The notes beneath the pieces are model-generated. The model made no database searches. It saw only the letters and a program-made list of their open reading frames with translations, and had not been told where the DNA came from. Positions 1-8,520 of a stretch of 26,300 nucleotides of DNA are shown here, in pieces. Source of the stretch: Clostridia bacterium. GTDB lineage: Bacteria; Bacillota; Clostridia; HGM11514. A program made the translations under genes and the position numbers. The first letter of the stretch is position 1, and every line of letters starts with the position of its first letter. Location: positions 1-26,300 of the forward strand of contig CAAENE010000183.1 in NCBI GenBank assembly GCA_900757255.1, given 5' to 3'.

Positions 1-262
1 CATCACGAACTCTAACCTCACGCTGCGCGTTCCGCTTGCGTTTGCTAAGAGTTCAGTGTTTACGATGACTACTCCGCCTAAGCTCGTACCTTGCCAAAGC
101 GGAGTACGTCCCTGCATCACGAACTCTAACCTCACGCTGCGCATTCTGCTTGCGTTTCTTAGAGTTCAGTGTTTCCGCCTGGATCACGAATTCTAAGGCT
201 CAGCTTCGACCTTTTGGTCTCGCTTTGCTAAGAGTTCAGTGTTTAGGAATCTTGTTATAACC
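1..262. repeat. Cluster of REP/BIME-like palindromic repeats (three ~60-bp hairpin units plus a linker hairpin); may extend beyond the window start
   Basis: Units at 1-61, 115-174 and 183-244 begin ATCACGAA(C/T)TCTAA and end AGAGTTCAGTGTTT, with self-complementary ends. A linker hairpin TACTCCGC/GCGGAGTA lies at 70-77/99-106. The cluster ends in GGAATCTTGTTATAACC (246-262), also present at 17341-17357. Confidence 0.85.
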
Positions 263-291
263 TTTTAAAATTTAATTCAATCAGCAGAAAC

Positions 292-2319
292 TTACTGAAA
301 AAAGACTTTTTGCAGGTATTGTGGAAAATCATCCTCTTTGGGCAGCAAGTAGCTTTCATCAATTTGGCAAATCAGTGCGATATGCTGTTCCGGATAAAAC
401 ACAAACGACATATCCATGGTTTTGGCATACTCTTCACCGCTTACATAGGTTATACCATCCTCTGTTACTACATCAAACAATAATGACGTACCGGAGGCGT
501 GCTGCAGCGCATCGCTTGGAAAGTGCGGTATTCCATGAATCAGCTTTGGGCGGACAGAAGGATCTTTTGGACAATATTTGTACCGCACGGAATCTTTATA
601 AAAATAAGGTTTATCCATAGACAGAAGGATAGCATGCTGGGCTATTTGAGAGGCCGGATAACAAGCTTCGGGTACAAAAATCATACAATCGGTCCTGATT
701 TTCCACTCAGTCGCATCAACCGGACGATCAGCCCCGTCAGCTTCAACGGAGACGAAGCTATCCTCATCGAGAGTGAAGAGGCCAAATTCAACAAAATCTT
801 GTTTATTTAAATTGTGGATAACCGGAACAGTTTCAACACCATTTTTATGATAAATTTGAAACTGGATCGTATCAATATTAGAGGAAGCGTCAAAATTATA
901 AAAAAGAATAAAATAGTTGCCGGGACAAGGCAGTTGAGGCTTCCAGCAGGCTTTTACATAATCTCCTTGCCTGACTTCAGCGTAGCGGGTCATCTTATAG
1001 AAGCCCGCGCCCGCACTTTGATACCAGGTACCCTCTTCGCTGTAACCGCTGCCAGGCAGGTCAAAGTCAACCATAGTTTGGTGAAAAAAAGGAACAGAAG
1101 GCTTTTCATAATAAGAGGTCGAAACAGGTTCGCAAAGCTCTTCCCCATTTGTCTGGTAAAAGCGGATATCATCAATATCCAGCCAGGTATCTTTTTCGCC
1201 GCAGGAGGAAATTTCAATCTTCGCGCGGTTAGAGGTCACAGAAATATCTTTTATTTGAATTTCAGTCCAGATATCGGAAGGCAAATCAATGATATCATAA
1301 GAATAACTATTTTCTGCAGTTACTGTTATTTTAGAAACAGAACCATTGAGCCGTACACGTGCCGACAGGGTATATGTACCGTTCATAATATAAGTAAGCT
1401 CCTGATAACATTTAATATTGTACGCATGAAGCGCACCACCCTGCCGCAGAAAACAGTTACCCTCAAAAGCTTCATCAGAAAGATGGATCAGATTGAAATC
1501 AGAATCCCCCTGAACAACCCAGGAAACCGGAAAATGCGGATCGGGCTGATCTTCAAAACTATAATTGATATTATATTCAAACCCGCCGTTTCCCAAAAGA
1601 TTGACATTAGGAAGATTTTTTGTATAAAAACGAATATAATCCCATTGGCTTTCACCGGGCAGAGCGTCATAATTGACCTCCCCAAAAGCGTCGGTTGCAA
1701 GCGCGGTGAGCCAGAGATTCTGCTGGGCATAGTTTTTAGGCGCTCTGGTTTCCCGTACCTTTTGGCCATTGAGGTAAAAGGTGATACGGTCGGGCATCCA
1801 TTCATAACCCATCACAAAATAGTCGGCTGAAGAATCAACATGGTCGGCAGTTTTATCACCGATAAAGCCGCCCAAAGAGGTATGCTTGCCGATATAATAA
1901 TGGACATTGGTGTTAATAGCATAAGGGACTGCAGAATCAACCTCATAGCCGTCTAACTCAATCACCTGCCCAAATTTAGGCATTTCCTTTGTTTGACTCA
2001 TCTGCCCTAAACTCCAAAACGAGGAATGCAGGCCTCCCCCGCCGCCGAATAATTTACCGCGGCATTCATAATAACCATAACCAAAGAGATCGTTAGAAAT
2101 AATACCTCCGCCGGTTGGGATTTGTTTGCCGTTTTCCACAATTTTAGAAAACAGAACATGCAGGTTATCATCCGAAACGGAAACATTTTCAGCAAAGTTC
2201 AGGCCGCCCAGCTTCTCCCCTGTCCGTTCAAACCAATTATCACGGTTCAATTCAGTCCCTTGAAAATGATCTTCAAATAGAAGAGTATAGCCTTCTGGCC
2301 GAAAAATTTCATTACTCAA
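292..2319 (-). CDS. Multidomain glycoside hydrolase family 16 protein with CBM-like and C-terminal accessory domains
   Basis: N-terminal LLFEDHF..LN..NW and GYGYYE..K segments; catalytic ExDxxE motif (ELDGYE, nt 1942-1959); GYEW.PD.I.FY.NG. The NLLGNGGFE segment starts a CBM-like jelly roll. TTG start with AGGAG RBS. Confidence 0.8.
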   Translation of the reverse strand: MSNEIFRPEGYTLLFEDHFQGTELNRDNWFERTGEKLGGLNFAENVSVSDDNLHVLFSKIVENGKQIPTGGGIISNDLFGYGYYECRGKLFGGGGGLHSSFWSLGQMSQTKEMPKFGQVIELDGYEVDSAVPYAINTNVHYYIGKHTSLGGFIGDKTADHVDSSADYFVMGYEWMPDRITFYLNGQKVRETRAPKNYAQQNLWLTALATDAFGEVNYDALPGESQWDYIRFYTKNLPNVNLLGNGGFEYNINYSFEDQPDPHFPVSWVVQGDSDFNLIHLSDEAFEGNCFLRQGGALHAYNIKCYQELTYIMNGTYTLSARVRLNGSVSKITVTAENSYSYDIIDLPSDIWTEIQIKDISVTSNRAKIEISSCGEKDTWLDIDDIRFYQTNGEELCEPVSTSYYEKPSVPFFHQTMVDFDLPGSGYSEEGTWYQSAGAGFYKMTRYAEVRQGDYVKACWKPQLPCPGNYFILFYNFDASSNIDTIQFQIYHKNGVETVPVIHNLNKQDFVEFGLFTLDEDSFVSVEADGADRPVDATEWKIRTDCMIFVPEACYPASQIAQHAILLSMDKPYFYKDSVRYKYCPKDPSVRPKLIHGIPHFPSDALQHASGTSLLFDVVTEDGITYVSGEEYAKTMDMSFVFYPEQHIALICQIDESYLLPKEDDFPQYLQKVFFQ

Positions 2320-2338
2320 AAAAATTCACTCCTAAGTT

Positions 2339-2755
2339 TTAATCTCCGATAATTTTAATCATCACTTTTTTGGGGCGTTTTCCATCAAATTCCCCATAAA
2401 ATATTTGTTCCCAGGTACCAAAATCAAGCTTACCGCCGGTCACAGCCACGACGACCTCCCGGCCCATAACAGAACGTTTCATATGTGCGTCTGCATTGTC
2501 CTCAAAACCATTATGGCGATACTGAGAATACGGTTTTTCAGGGGCAAGACGTTCCAGCCACTGTTCAAAATCATAATGCAGACCGCTTTCATCATCATTG
2601 ATGAAAACACTCGCAGTGATATTCATAGCATTGCAAAGAAGCAGCCCGTCAGTGATACCGCTTTTTTGAAGAGCGGATTCCACCTGAGGCGTAATATTGA
2701 CAAAAGCCCGGCGGGCGGGCAGATGAAAGGTCAAAACTTCCCGATACGATTTCAT
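2339..2755 (-). CDS. yjbQ: YjbQ/UPF0047 family protein
   Basis: 138 aa with TASV.IN, Y.H..EDNADAH and [15 protein letters not shown] motifs typical of YjbQ. Confidence 0.9.
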   Translation of the reverse strand: MKSYREVLTFHLPARRAFVNITPQVESALQKSGITDGLLLCNAMNITASVFINDDESGLHYDFEQWLERLAPEKPYSQYRHNGFEDNADAHMKRSVMGREVVVAVTGGKLDFGTWEQIFYGEFDGKRPKKVMIKIIGD

Positions 2756-3069
2756 GGGGGTTCCTCCTCGATTTCAGCGTTCAAAATATCTTTCGCTGTT
2801 TGAAGCGCACGGCTTGGCACAAATAAATTGACGCCAAAATTCGTAGCACCCATTACAATCTGCATATAACCGCCGGCACCTTTTGGTACAATTTCAACCG
2901 GAATACCGTTCGTTTCGAGCAGCTTTGCAATGACTTTTCCTTCAAAATCCGTGCCGCACTCACATAAAAATGCGGGTTTATCTAAATCATCTGATAACTC
3001 CGACTGACAATGCGGACAAGTTTTTAAATCTTCTTTTATTTCCGTTTTACATTTTGGGCACCAAGGCAT
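2752..3069 (-). CDS. Zinc-ribbon plus DUF2007-like (putative signal transducing) small protein
   Basis: MPWCPKC..CPHC zinc ribbon followed by E...I..LLE..GIP..V..LFVP. AGGAGG RBS; 4-nt overlap with yjbQ. Confidence 0.75.
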   Translation of the reverse strand: MPWCPKCKTEIKEDLKTCPHCQSELSDDLDKPAFLCECGTDFEGKVIAKLLETNGIPVEIVPKGAGGYMQIVMGATNFGVNLFVPSRALQTAKDILNAEIEEEPP

Positions 3070-3560
3070 TTGTGATTCCTCCTATCTATTAAGGACGCAA
3101 CATTGAATATATTTTTTTCCTGTTTATTCGCATAACTGACGGTATACGCAGTACCGCCGTTTTTGCGGGTCAGATACGCAATAACGCAGGCAGAATGATC
3201 TACCAAATAACGGTTCCGAACATGCATACAACCGCGGGAATAGGTTTCCTGAAGAATAATAATTTCATCCGCCTGCTGCAAAATAGACCGATAAGTTTCT
3301 TTTTGTGCTGCAGAAAAATCTTTATCCTGGTCAGCACAGGGAATGATGCAGAAAAGACGGATCAGCGGGAACTCCTTTTTCAGATCCAGGATCGTTTGAG
3401 CAGCCAAAGAATCAAAACCAAGAGCCATACCGCTTAAAAAATCAAAATAACCTTCGTTGATCTTCGCTAATATTGTTTTTTTTAAGGCATCTGCCAAATC
3501 AGGGGAAGAACTTAACCTTCTGTGCCCGGTAAAGCAACAGGCTCTTTCTTTTACGATCAT
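3036..3560 (-). CDS. SLOG/YspA (DUF1273) family protein
   Basis: Motifs CCFTGHR, SGMALGFD, RNRYLVD and GGTAYTV. Start moved to ATG 3560, which has an AGGAG RBS. Confidence 0.88.
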   Translation of the reverse strand: MIVKERACCFTGHRRLSSSPDLADALKKTILAKINEGYFDFLSGMALGFDSLAAQTILDLKKEFPLIRLFCIIPCADQDKDFSAAQKETYRSILQQADEIIILQETYSRGCMHVRNRYLVDHSACVIAYLTRKNGGTAYTVSYANKQEKNIFNVASLIDRRNHKCLGAQNVKRK

Positions 3561-3591
3561 CTTATAACTCCTAAACATAACTACATAAAAA

Positions 3592-3620
3592 ATTGTATGA
3601 AATGTCTCAAATTATGTCCA
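3592..3620 (-). promoter_or_regulatory. Putative sigma-A promoter of the SLOG-yjbQ-GH16 operon
   Basis: TGGACA-N17-TACAAT on the minus strand. Confidence 0.55.
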
Positions 3621-3738
3621 ATTATAACTGCTCTGGAATGTATCCCGCCCTAACAGGAAGCACAGCGTCTGTTATCCAGCACGCGGCAAGCATATATCTC
3701 CAGGCCGGGAGGCAAAAACGCTGATTCCAATTATAACT
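3617..3738. repeat. Hairpin element flanked by 13-bp direct repeats
   Basis: TCCAATTATAACT at 3617-3629 and 3726-3738 encloses a GC-richer segment with nested inverted repeats CTGGA/TCCAG and TAACAG/CTGTTA. Confidence 0.55.
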
Positions 3739-3784
3739 ACTTTGCGGATATGATACCATAAAATAACAAGAAAAACAAGCCATT

Positions 3785-3824
3785 AAAGTAAAAATAAAGA
3801 GGCATGGACAAAAAACCATGCCTC
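3785..3824 (-). terminator. Rho-independent terminator of mdh-malE
   Basis: GAGGCATGG/CCATGCCTC stem (3799-3824) followed on the minus strand by TTTATTTTTACTTT. Confidence 0.8.
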
Positions 3825-3839
3825 GAAAAAATCAACCTG

Positions 3840-5012
3840 TTAAATTCTTGCTACGCCAGTGTCACGGGCAGCCTGGGCAACAGCCTGAGCAACAGCTGGT
3901 TTAACCTTATCGTTGAAAGAATCCGGAATGATATAATCCGGAGTAAGTTTCTCCTCGCTGATAACACCAGCAATCGCCTTAGCAGCGGCAATTTTCATTT
4001 CATCGTTAATATCGCTTGCACGGACGTCCAAAGCGCCGCGGAAAATTCCCGGGAAAGCCAGGACATTATTAATCTGGTTGGGGAAATCGCTGCGGCCAGT
4101 ACCCATAATCAAAACGCCGGCTTCTTTAGCAACATCGGGCAGAATTTCCGGAACCGGGTTAGCCATAGCAAAAACAATCGGGTCTTTCGCCATTGTTTTG
4201 ACCATTTCCGGAGTTAATACGCCGGGCGCTGAAACACCGATAAATACATCAGCGCCTTTGATAACATCAGCGAGCTGACCCTGCTTCTTTTCCAGATTAG
4301 AGATTTTCGCCATTTCAGCCTTAATCGCATTGAGCCCGCCGCGTCCGTCATAAATGGCGCCTTTGGTATCACAAAGAATCACTTTTTTCAGTCCCATACT
4401 CATTAGAAGTTTAGTAATAGCAATTCCGGCAGCACCGGAACCATTGACAACAACTTCAATATCAGAGATATCTTTTTTTGCCAGCTTTAACGCATTGAGC
4501 ATAGCGGCGAGAGTGACAACAGCAGTACCATGCTGGTCATCGTGGAAAATCGGAATATCGCATTCTTCCTTCAACCGTTTTTCGATTTCAAAGCAGCGCG
4601 GAGCAGAAATATCCTCTAAATTCACACCGCCGAAGGAGCCGGCAATCATTTTTACCGTATTGACAATATCGTCAACCTCTTTAGAACGCACGCAAATCGG
4701 AAAAGCGTCAACATCTCCGAACCGTTTAAAGAGAGCACATTTCCCTTCCATAACCGGCATACCGGCTTCAGGACCAATATCGCCAAGCCCCAACACAGCA
4801 GTACCGTCTGTAACAACTGCTACTAAATTACCGCGCCGGGTATATTTGTAAGATAAATCGGCATTTTCTGAGATTTCCAGGCAAGGCTCTGCAACCCCCG
4901 GTGTATAAGCAATTGCCAAATCATCTTTATCGGCAAGCTCTGCGCGGCAGCTGATTTCGATTTTCCCCTGCCATTGTTCATGCTTTTTTAAAGCGACTTC
5001 TTTCACTGACAT
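3840..5012 (-). CDS. malE: NAD(P)-dependent malic enzyme (small type, 390 aa)
   Basis: Motifs AYTPGVAEPC, VTDGTAVLGLGDIGP, MEGK, FHDDQHGTA and GRSDFPNQINN. Confidence 0.95.
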   Translation of the reverse strand: MSVKEVALKKHEQWQGKIEISCRAELADKDDLAIAYTPGVAEPCLEISENADLSYKYTRRGNLVAVVTDGTAVLGLGDIGPEAGMPVMEGKCALFKRFGDVDAFPICVRSKEVDDIVNTVKMIAGSFGGVNLEDISAPRCFEIEKRLKEECDIPIFHDDQHGTAVVTLAAMLNALKLAKKDISDIEVVVNGSGAAGIAITKLLMSMGLKKVILCDTKGAIYDGRGGLNAIKAEMAKISNLEKKQGQLADVIKGADVFIGVSAPGVLTPEMVKTMAKDPIVFAMANPVPEILPDVAKEAGVLIMGTGRSDFPNQINNVLAFPGIFRGALDVRASDINDEMKIAAAKAIAGVISEEKLTPDYIIPDSFNDKVKPAVAQAVAQAARDTGVARI

Positions 5013-5067
5013 AATAACATCCCTTTCTTTTCAATATCCTTTATCCTTCGGCATAAAAACCGAAGCA

Positions 5068-6000
5068 TTACAGAGATTGTAAAATTGATTTAATCTGTTC
5101 GGCAGAATAGAGCAATTTTTTGAGTTCTTCATCGGTGAAATTAAACTGAATCGTCCTTTGTGCACCCTTCATTCCCATAATATTGGGCAGGCTGAGACAG
5201 ACATCATTGATCCCGTAAAGCCCATCAATCAGGCAACTGGTATGATGGATGGTGTTTTGATTTTTCAAAATCGTCCGGCACACGTTACAGACAACGGACG
5301 CAATAGCATAAAAAGTTGCGCCCTTTCGCTGAATAACTTCAGCGCCTGAATTTCTAACCTGTTCTTCGATCAGGTCTTTATCGACAGAAATACCCATTTC
5401 CTTACAATATAAATCAAATTCCATACCGCCGATATGAACCGAGCTCCAAACCGGAAATTGAGTATCACCATGTTCCCCGGCAATAAAGCCATGTACATTT
5501 TTAATATCGACGCCGGCAGCTTCGCTCAAAAGATACCGGAACCGGGCGCTGTCTAAAACCGCGCCTGTACCAAAAACCATACCTTTTGGCAGGCCGCTTT
5601 CCTTCTGAACGATATAGGTCAGAATGTCGACCGGGTTAGAAACGACCATGATAACGCCGCCGTTGTAATACTTCATAATATTTTTTGTGATATCCCGAAT
5701 CAGAGCCACATTTTTTTTGGCCAGGTCAATGCGGGTCTCGCCCGGTTTTCTGCCAAAGCCAGCCGAAATAATAATGATATCACTGTCAACTACATCCGGA
5801 TAATCTCCGGGATGAACATGCATTTCGCCCATAGCGGATAAACCATGCCGGATATCCATAGCTTCCCCTTCCGCCTTCGCGCGGTTTACGTCAATAATCA
5901 CTAATTCCGAAACCATGGACTTTAAAGCCAGAGAATACGAAATAGTCGCACCCACCGAACCGGCGCCGATAACGGTAATTTTTGAATGTTTCTTGTCCAT
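5068..6000 (-). CDS. mdh: LDH/MDH superfamily dehydrogenase, likely malate dehydrogenase
   Basis: GAGSVG Rossmann motif, NPVD, LDSAR and GEHGD. The specificity loop is GRKPGETR (Arg at the position equivalent to 102), and the gene lies directly upstream of malic enzyme. Confidence 0.85.
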   Translation of the reverse strand: MDKKHSKITVIGAGSVGATISYSLALKSMVSELVIIDVNRAKAEGEAMDIRHGLSAMGEMHVHPGDYPDVVDSDIIIISAGFGRKPGETRIDLAKKNVALIRDITKNIMKYYNGGVIMVVSNPVDILTYIVQKESGLPKGMVFGTGAVLDSARFRYLLSEAAGVDIKNVHGFIAGEHGDTQFPVWSSVHIGGMEFDLYCKEMGISVDKDLIEEQVRNSGAEVIQRKGATFYAIASVVCNVCRTILKNQNTIHHTSCLIDGLYGINDVCLSLPNIMGMKGAQRTIQFNFTDEELKKLLYSAEQIKSILQSL

Positions 6001-6054
6001 ATTTCACCTCAATCATTTTTAAAAAACTGACATTATTTCTATTTAACCATCCCA

Positions 6055-6083
6055 AGTCTACCATTATTTACACAATACGTCAA
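6055..6083 (-). promoter_or_regulatory. Putative sigma-A promoter of mdh-malE
   Basis: TTGACG-N17-TAGACT with an extended TG. Confidence 0.6.
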
Positions 6084-6312
6084 TCAATGTTTCAAATGAT
6101 TTTTTTCCGGGTTTACCCGATTTTTTTGTAATTTCCTACATATTTAAAAAGAAAATCCAACCAATTCGTATTTCAATAGGTTTTGTAAAAACGTAAAAAA
6201 TATGTAAGGTTGACGGCTTGAAAATAATCATAGGAAAACGATTTCATATTGCATAAAATCCAATGATTTCCTGCTGTATTTTTGGATAAAGTGATGATTC
6301 TAATATATTTGC

Positions 6313-6372
6313 TTGCATTTTAAAAAAAAGGATGGTATGATAAAGACGATGAGATTGACTATTTTTTAACAA
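6313..6372 (+). promoter_or_regulatory. Putative sigma-A promoter of adh with a possible Rex operator
   Basis: TTGCAT-N17-TATGAT with TG (6313-6341). TTGACTATTTTTTAACAA (6355-6372) resembles the clostridial Rex box TTGTTAANNNNTTAACAA. Confidence 0.55.
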
Positions 6373-6483
6373 TCTCTGGACAATTGGTGAACAGGAGTCT
6401 CTAACTATCCTATACAAAAGGCGGCAGAGAGGTTCCAAAGAAAGAATAAAATGCCGGAGACGGCGGAAGGGAGCTGTAGTATT

Positions 6484-7653
6484 ATGTCAAGGTTTACATT
6501 ACCCCGGGATATTTATTATGGGGAGAATGCAATCGGAGAGCTGAAAAATTTAAAGGGTTACAAAAGGGCAATCATCGTGACCGGCGGGAGTTCAATGAAA
6601 AAAGGCGGATTTTTGCAGAAAGTAGAAGCTGTACTGAAGGAAAATGGATTACAGGTTGAACTGTTTGAAGGCGTAGAGCCGGACCCGTCCATAGAAACAG
6701 TCTTTCGCGGCGCGGAGGCAATGCGCAAATTTGAACCCGATGTCATCGTGGCAATCGGCGGCGGCTCACCGATAGATGCGGCAAAAGCGATGTGGGTATT
6801 TTATGAATATCCGGAAAAGACCTTTGATGATATCAAAGATCCATTCACCATGCCGAAGCTGAGAACAAAAGCAATTTTTGTTGCAATTCCCTCCACCAGC
6901 GGGACTGCAAGTGAAGTCACCGCATTTTCGGTTATTACCGATTATTCAACCAATATCAAATATCCGCTTGCAGATTTTGAAATCACACCGGATATTGCCA
7001 TATTGGATACCGATATACCGCAGACAATGCCGAAAAAACTGACAGCGCATACGGGAATGGATGCCCTGACGCATGCGATAGAAGCATATGTAGCAACAGC
7101 ACGATCTGATTTTTCCGATCCGCTGGCATTAAAAGCAATTTCAGATATCTATGATTGTCTGGTCGATTCCTATCACGGAGACAAAGAAGCGCGCGGTAAG
7201 ATGCACATAGCACAATGCCTGGCCGGAATGGCGTTTTCCAATGCCCTTTTGGGCATCGCCCATTCCTTGGCACATAAGACAGGCGCAGTTTTTGACATAC
7301 CGCATGGCTGCTGTAACGCAATCCTGCTTCCGTCCGTCATTCAGTATAATTCGAGAGTTTGCATGGACCGCTACGCAGATATCGCAAAAGCAATCGGACT
7401 GCCGGGAGCGACTGACAAACAGCTGACCGATGCACTGGTAGAATCTATCAAGGAACTCAATCGCAAATTGGACATCAAGCAAAGCTACAAAGAGAACGGC
7501 GTGAGCGAAGAACTCATCAATCAAAATATCGAAAAGATAGCAGAAAACGCCGTAAAAGACCCGTGCACAGCATCTAACCCGCGTGAAATCGACGTGGAAA
7601 ACATGAAAAAGGTTTTGCTTTGCGCTTACAATGGCGAAGACGTTACTTTTTAA
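6484..7653 (+). CDS. Iron-containing alcohol dehydrogenase, NADPH-dependent butanol dehydrogenase/AdhA type
   Basis: N-terminus MSRFTLPRDIY; motifs GGSSMK, EPDPS, GGGSPIDAAK, DALTHAIE, HSLAH and HG. Start at ATG 6484 with a GGGAG RBS. Confidence 0.92.
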   Translation: MSRFTLPRDIYYGENAIGELKNLKGYKRAIIVTGGSSMKKGGFLQKVEAVLKENGLQVELFEGVEPDPSIETVFRGAEAMRKFEPDVIVAIGGGSPIDAAKAMWVFYEYPEKTFDDIKDPFTMPKLRTKAIFVAIPSTSGTASEVTAFSVITDYSTNIKYPLADFEITPDIAILDTDIPQTMPKKLTAHTGMDALTHAIEAYVATARSDFSDPLALKAISDIYDCLVDSYHGDKEARGKMHIAQCLAGMAFSNALLGIAHSLAHKTGAVFDIPHGCCNAILLPSVIQYNSRVCMDRYADIAKAIGLPGATDKQLTDALVESIKELNRKLDIKQSYKENGVSEELINQNIEKIAENAVKDPCTASNPREIDVENMKKVLLCAYNGEDVTF

Positions 7654-7667
7654 TAAAAGAATTGAAC

Positions 7668-7698
7668 AAAAAGCATCCGTATATACGGATGCTTTTTT
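7668..7698. terminator. Bidirectional Rho-independent terminator
   Basis: Perfect palindrome AAAAAGCATCCGTAT/ATACGGATGCTTTTT between convergent genes. Confidence 0.9.
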
Positions 7699-7701
7699 CT
7701 A

Positions 7702-8157
7702 TTAAAACCGTGTCAAATAAAACCGCTCATTCACTTTACCGCCTTCTTTATCGTAATCAAGCGCAATGACACATCCTGCGTGCTGAATCATAAACTGATC
7801 CCTTTTATAAAATTGGCTGTTCATATCATAAATATATTGAATAGTATCACACTTTTTAATCAGACGCCGGTTCACAAGCCGGTGCGGCCGTTTTTCCCTG
7901 TCACAGCAAATAATCCCGTCAATTGTGATCTGCGGATATTCCTTTTTAAGATGCAGCAAAATTCGGACGCAAAGAGTATCAGTGCCGGTAAAAAGGGAGG
8001 CCAAAAAGTTGGTATATCCCTCCTGGATTGATTGAAGGATCAGTTTGCGTATTTTTTGTTTAAAGCACCGGTTATGGATCCCAAACCACCGGTACCGCCA
8101 TTTTAGAATAAAGGGGCTGCAGGTCAAAAAACAGGCGGTCCTTTTTTTATCAGGCAT
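7702..8157 (-). CDS. Divergent/degenerate SLOG (DUF1273-like) protein, 151 aa
   Basis: Similar to 3036-3560 (EGY..FL, LKKE.P.I, R...M/LV..A.CVIA) but conserved motifs are altered. Start at ATG 8157 with a GGAGAG RBS. Confidence 0.7.
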   Translation of the reverse strand: MPDKKRTACFLTCSPFILKWRYRWFGIHNRCFKQKIRKLILQSIQEGYTNFLASLFTGTDTLCVRILLHLKKEYPQITIDGIICCDREKRPHRLVNRRLIKKCDTIQYIYDMNSQFYKRDQFMIQHAGCVIALDYDKEGGKVNERFYLTRF

Positions 8158-8202
8158 GTTACTCTCTCCATACATCAAAATTTTAGCATTAGCCATACTA
8201 TA

Positions 8203-8258
8203 ATTATACAATCGTTTGCTTGTAAAGTCAATACATTCATTTGATTGTAAATTATAAT
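8203..8258. promoter_or_regulatory. Divergent promoter region with two tandem operators
   Basis: Minus strand TTGACT-N17-TATAAT (8231-8203); plus strand TATAAT at 8253-8258; TACA-N10-TGTA at 8207-8224 and 8232-8249. Confidence 0.75.
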
Positions 8259-8280
8259 GTTGAAAAGGGGAGTGTTGAAG

Positions 8281-8499
8281 ATGAAGAGATACAATGAGAT
8301 GATGCGTGAATTGAGGGAAGATCATGATCTGACCCAGGCACAGGTGGCAAAGGTGCTGGGGATAAAGCAGCAGGTCTATTCGACATATGAGCTTGGGATA
8401 CGGTCGCTGCCGATCGAGCATTTCATAAGACTGTGCGATTTTTATGAGGTTAGTGCGGACTATCTGTTGGGAAGAACAAAACGAAAAAAAGATAAATAA
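8281..8499 (+). CDS. XRE-family helix-turn-helix transcriptional regulator, 72 aa
   Basis: MRELRED.DLTQAQVA..LGI.Q..YS.YELG.R..P....L..FY.VSADYLLG. AGGGGAG RBS upstream of ATG 8281. Confidence 0.92.
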   Translation: MKRYNEMMRELREDHDLTQAQVAKVLGIKQQVYSTYELGIRSLPIEHFIRLCDFYEVSADYLLGRTKRKKDK

Positions 8500-8520
8500 T
8501 CCGTCTGATTGTGTGGGGTA

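Noticed and set aside
1..244. CRISPR array
   Set aside because: Units are ~60 bp and divergent, spacers are 53 and 8 bp (one itself a hairpin), and no cas genes are in view.
814..1830. 338-aa plus-strand ORF
   Set aside because: Antisense shadow of the GH16 gene with no recognisable motifs.
3622..3819. 65-aa minus-strand ORF between malE and SLOG
   Set aside because: Starts within the malE terminator stem, has no RBS, and runs across a hairpin element.
5046..5065. CTTCGG/CCGAAG hairpin between mdh and malE as a terminator
   Set aside because: No U-tract on the coding strand; at most an mRNA stability/processing stem.
8158..8421. N-terminal extension of ORF 7702..8421
   Set aside because: Overlaps the XRE gene and the divergent promoter; the RBS supports ATG 8157.
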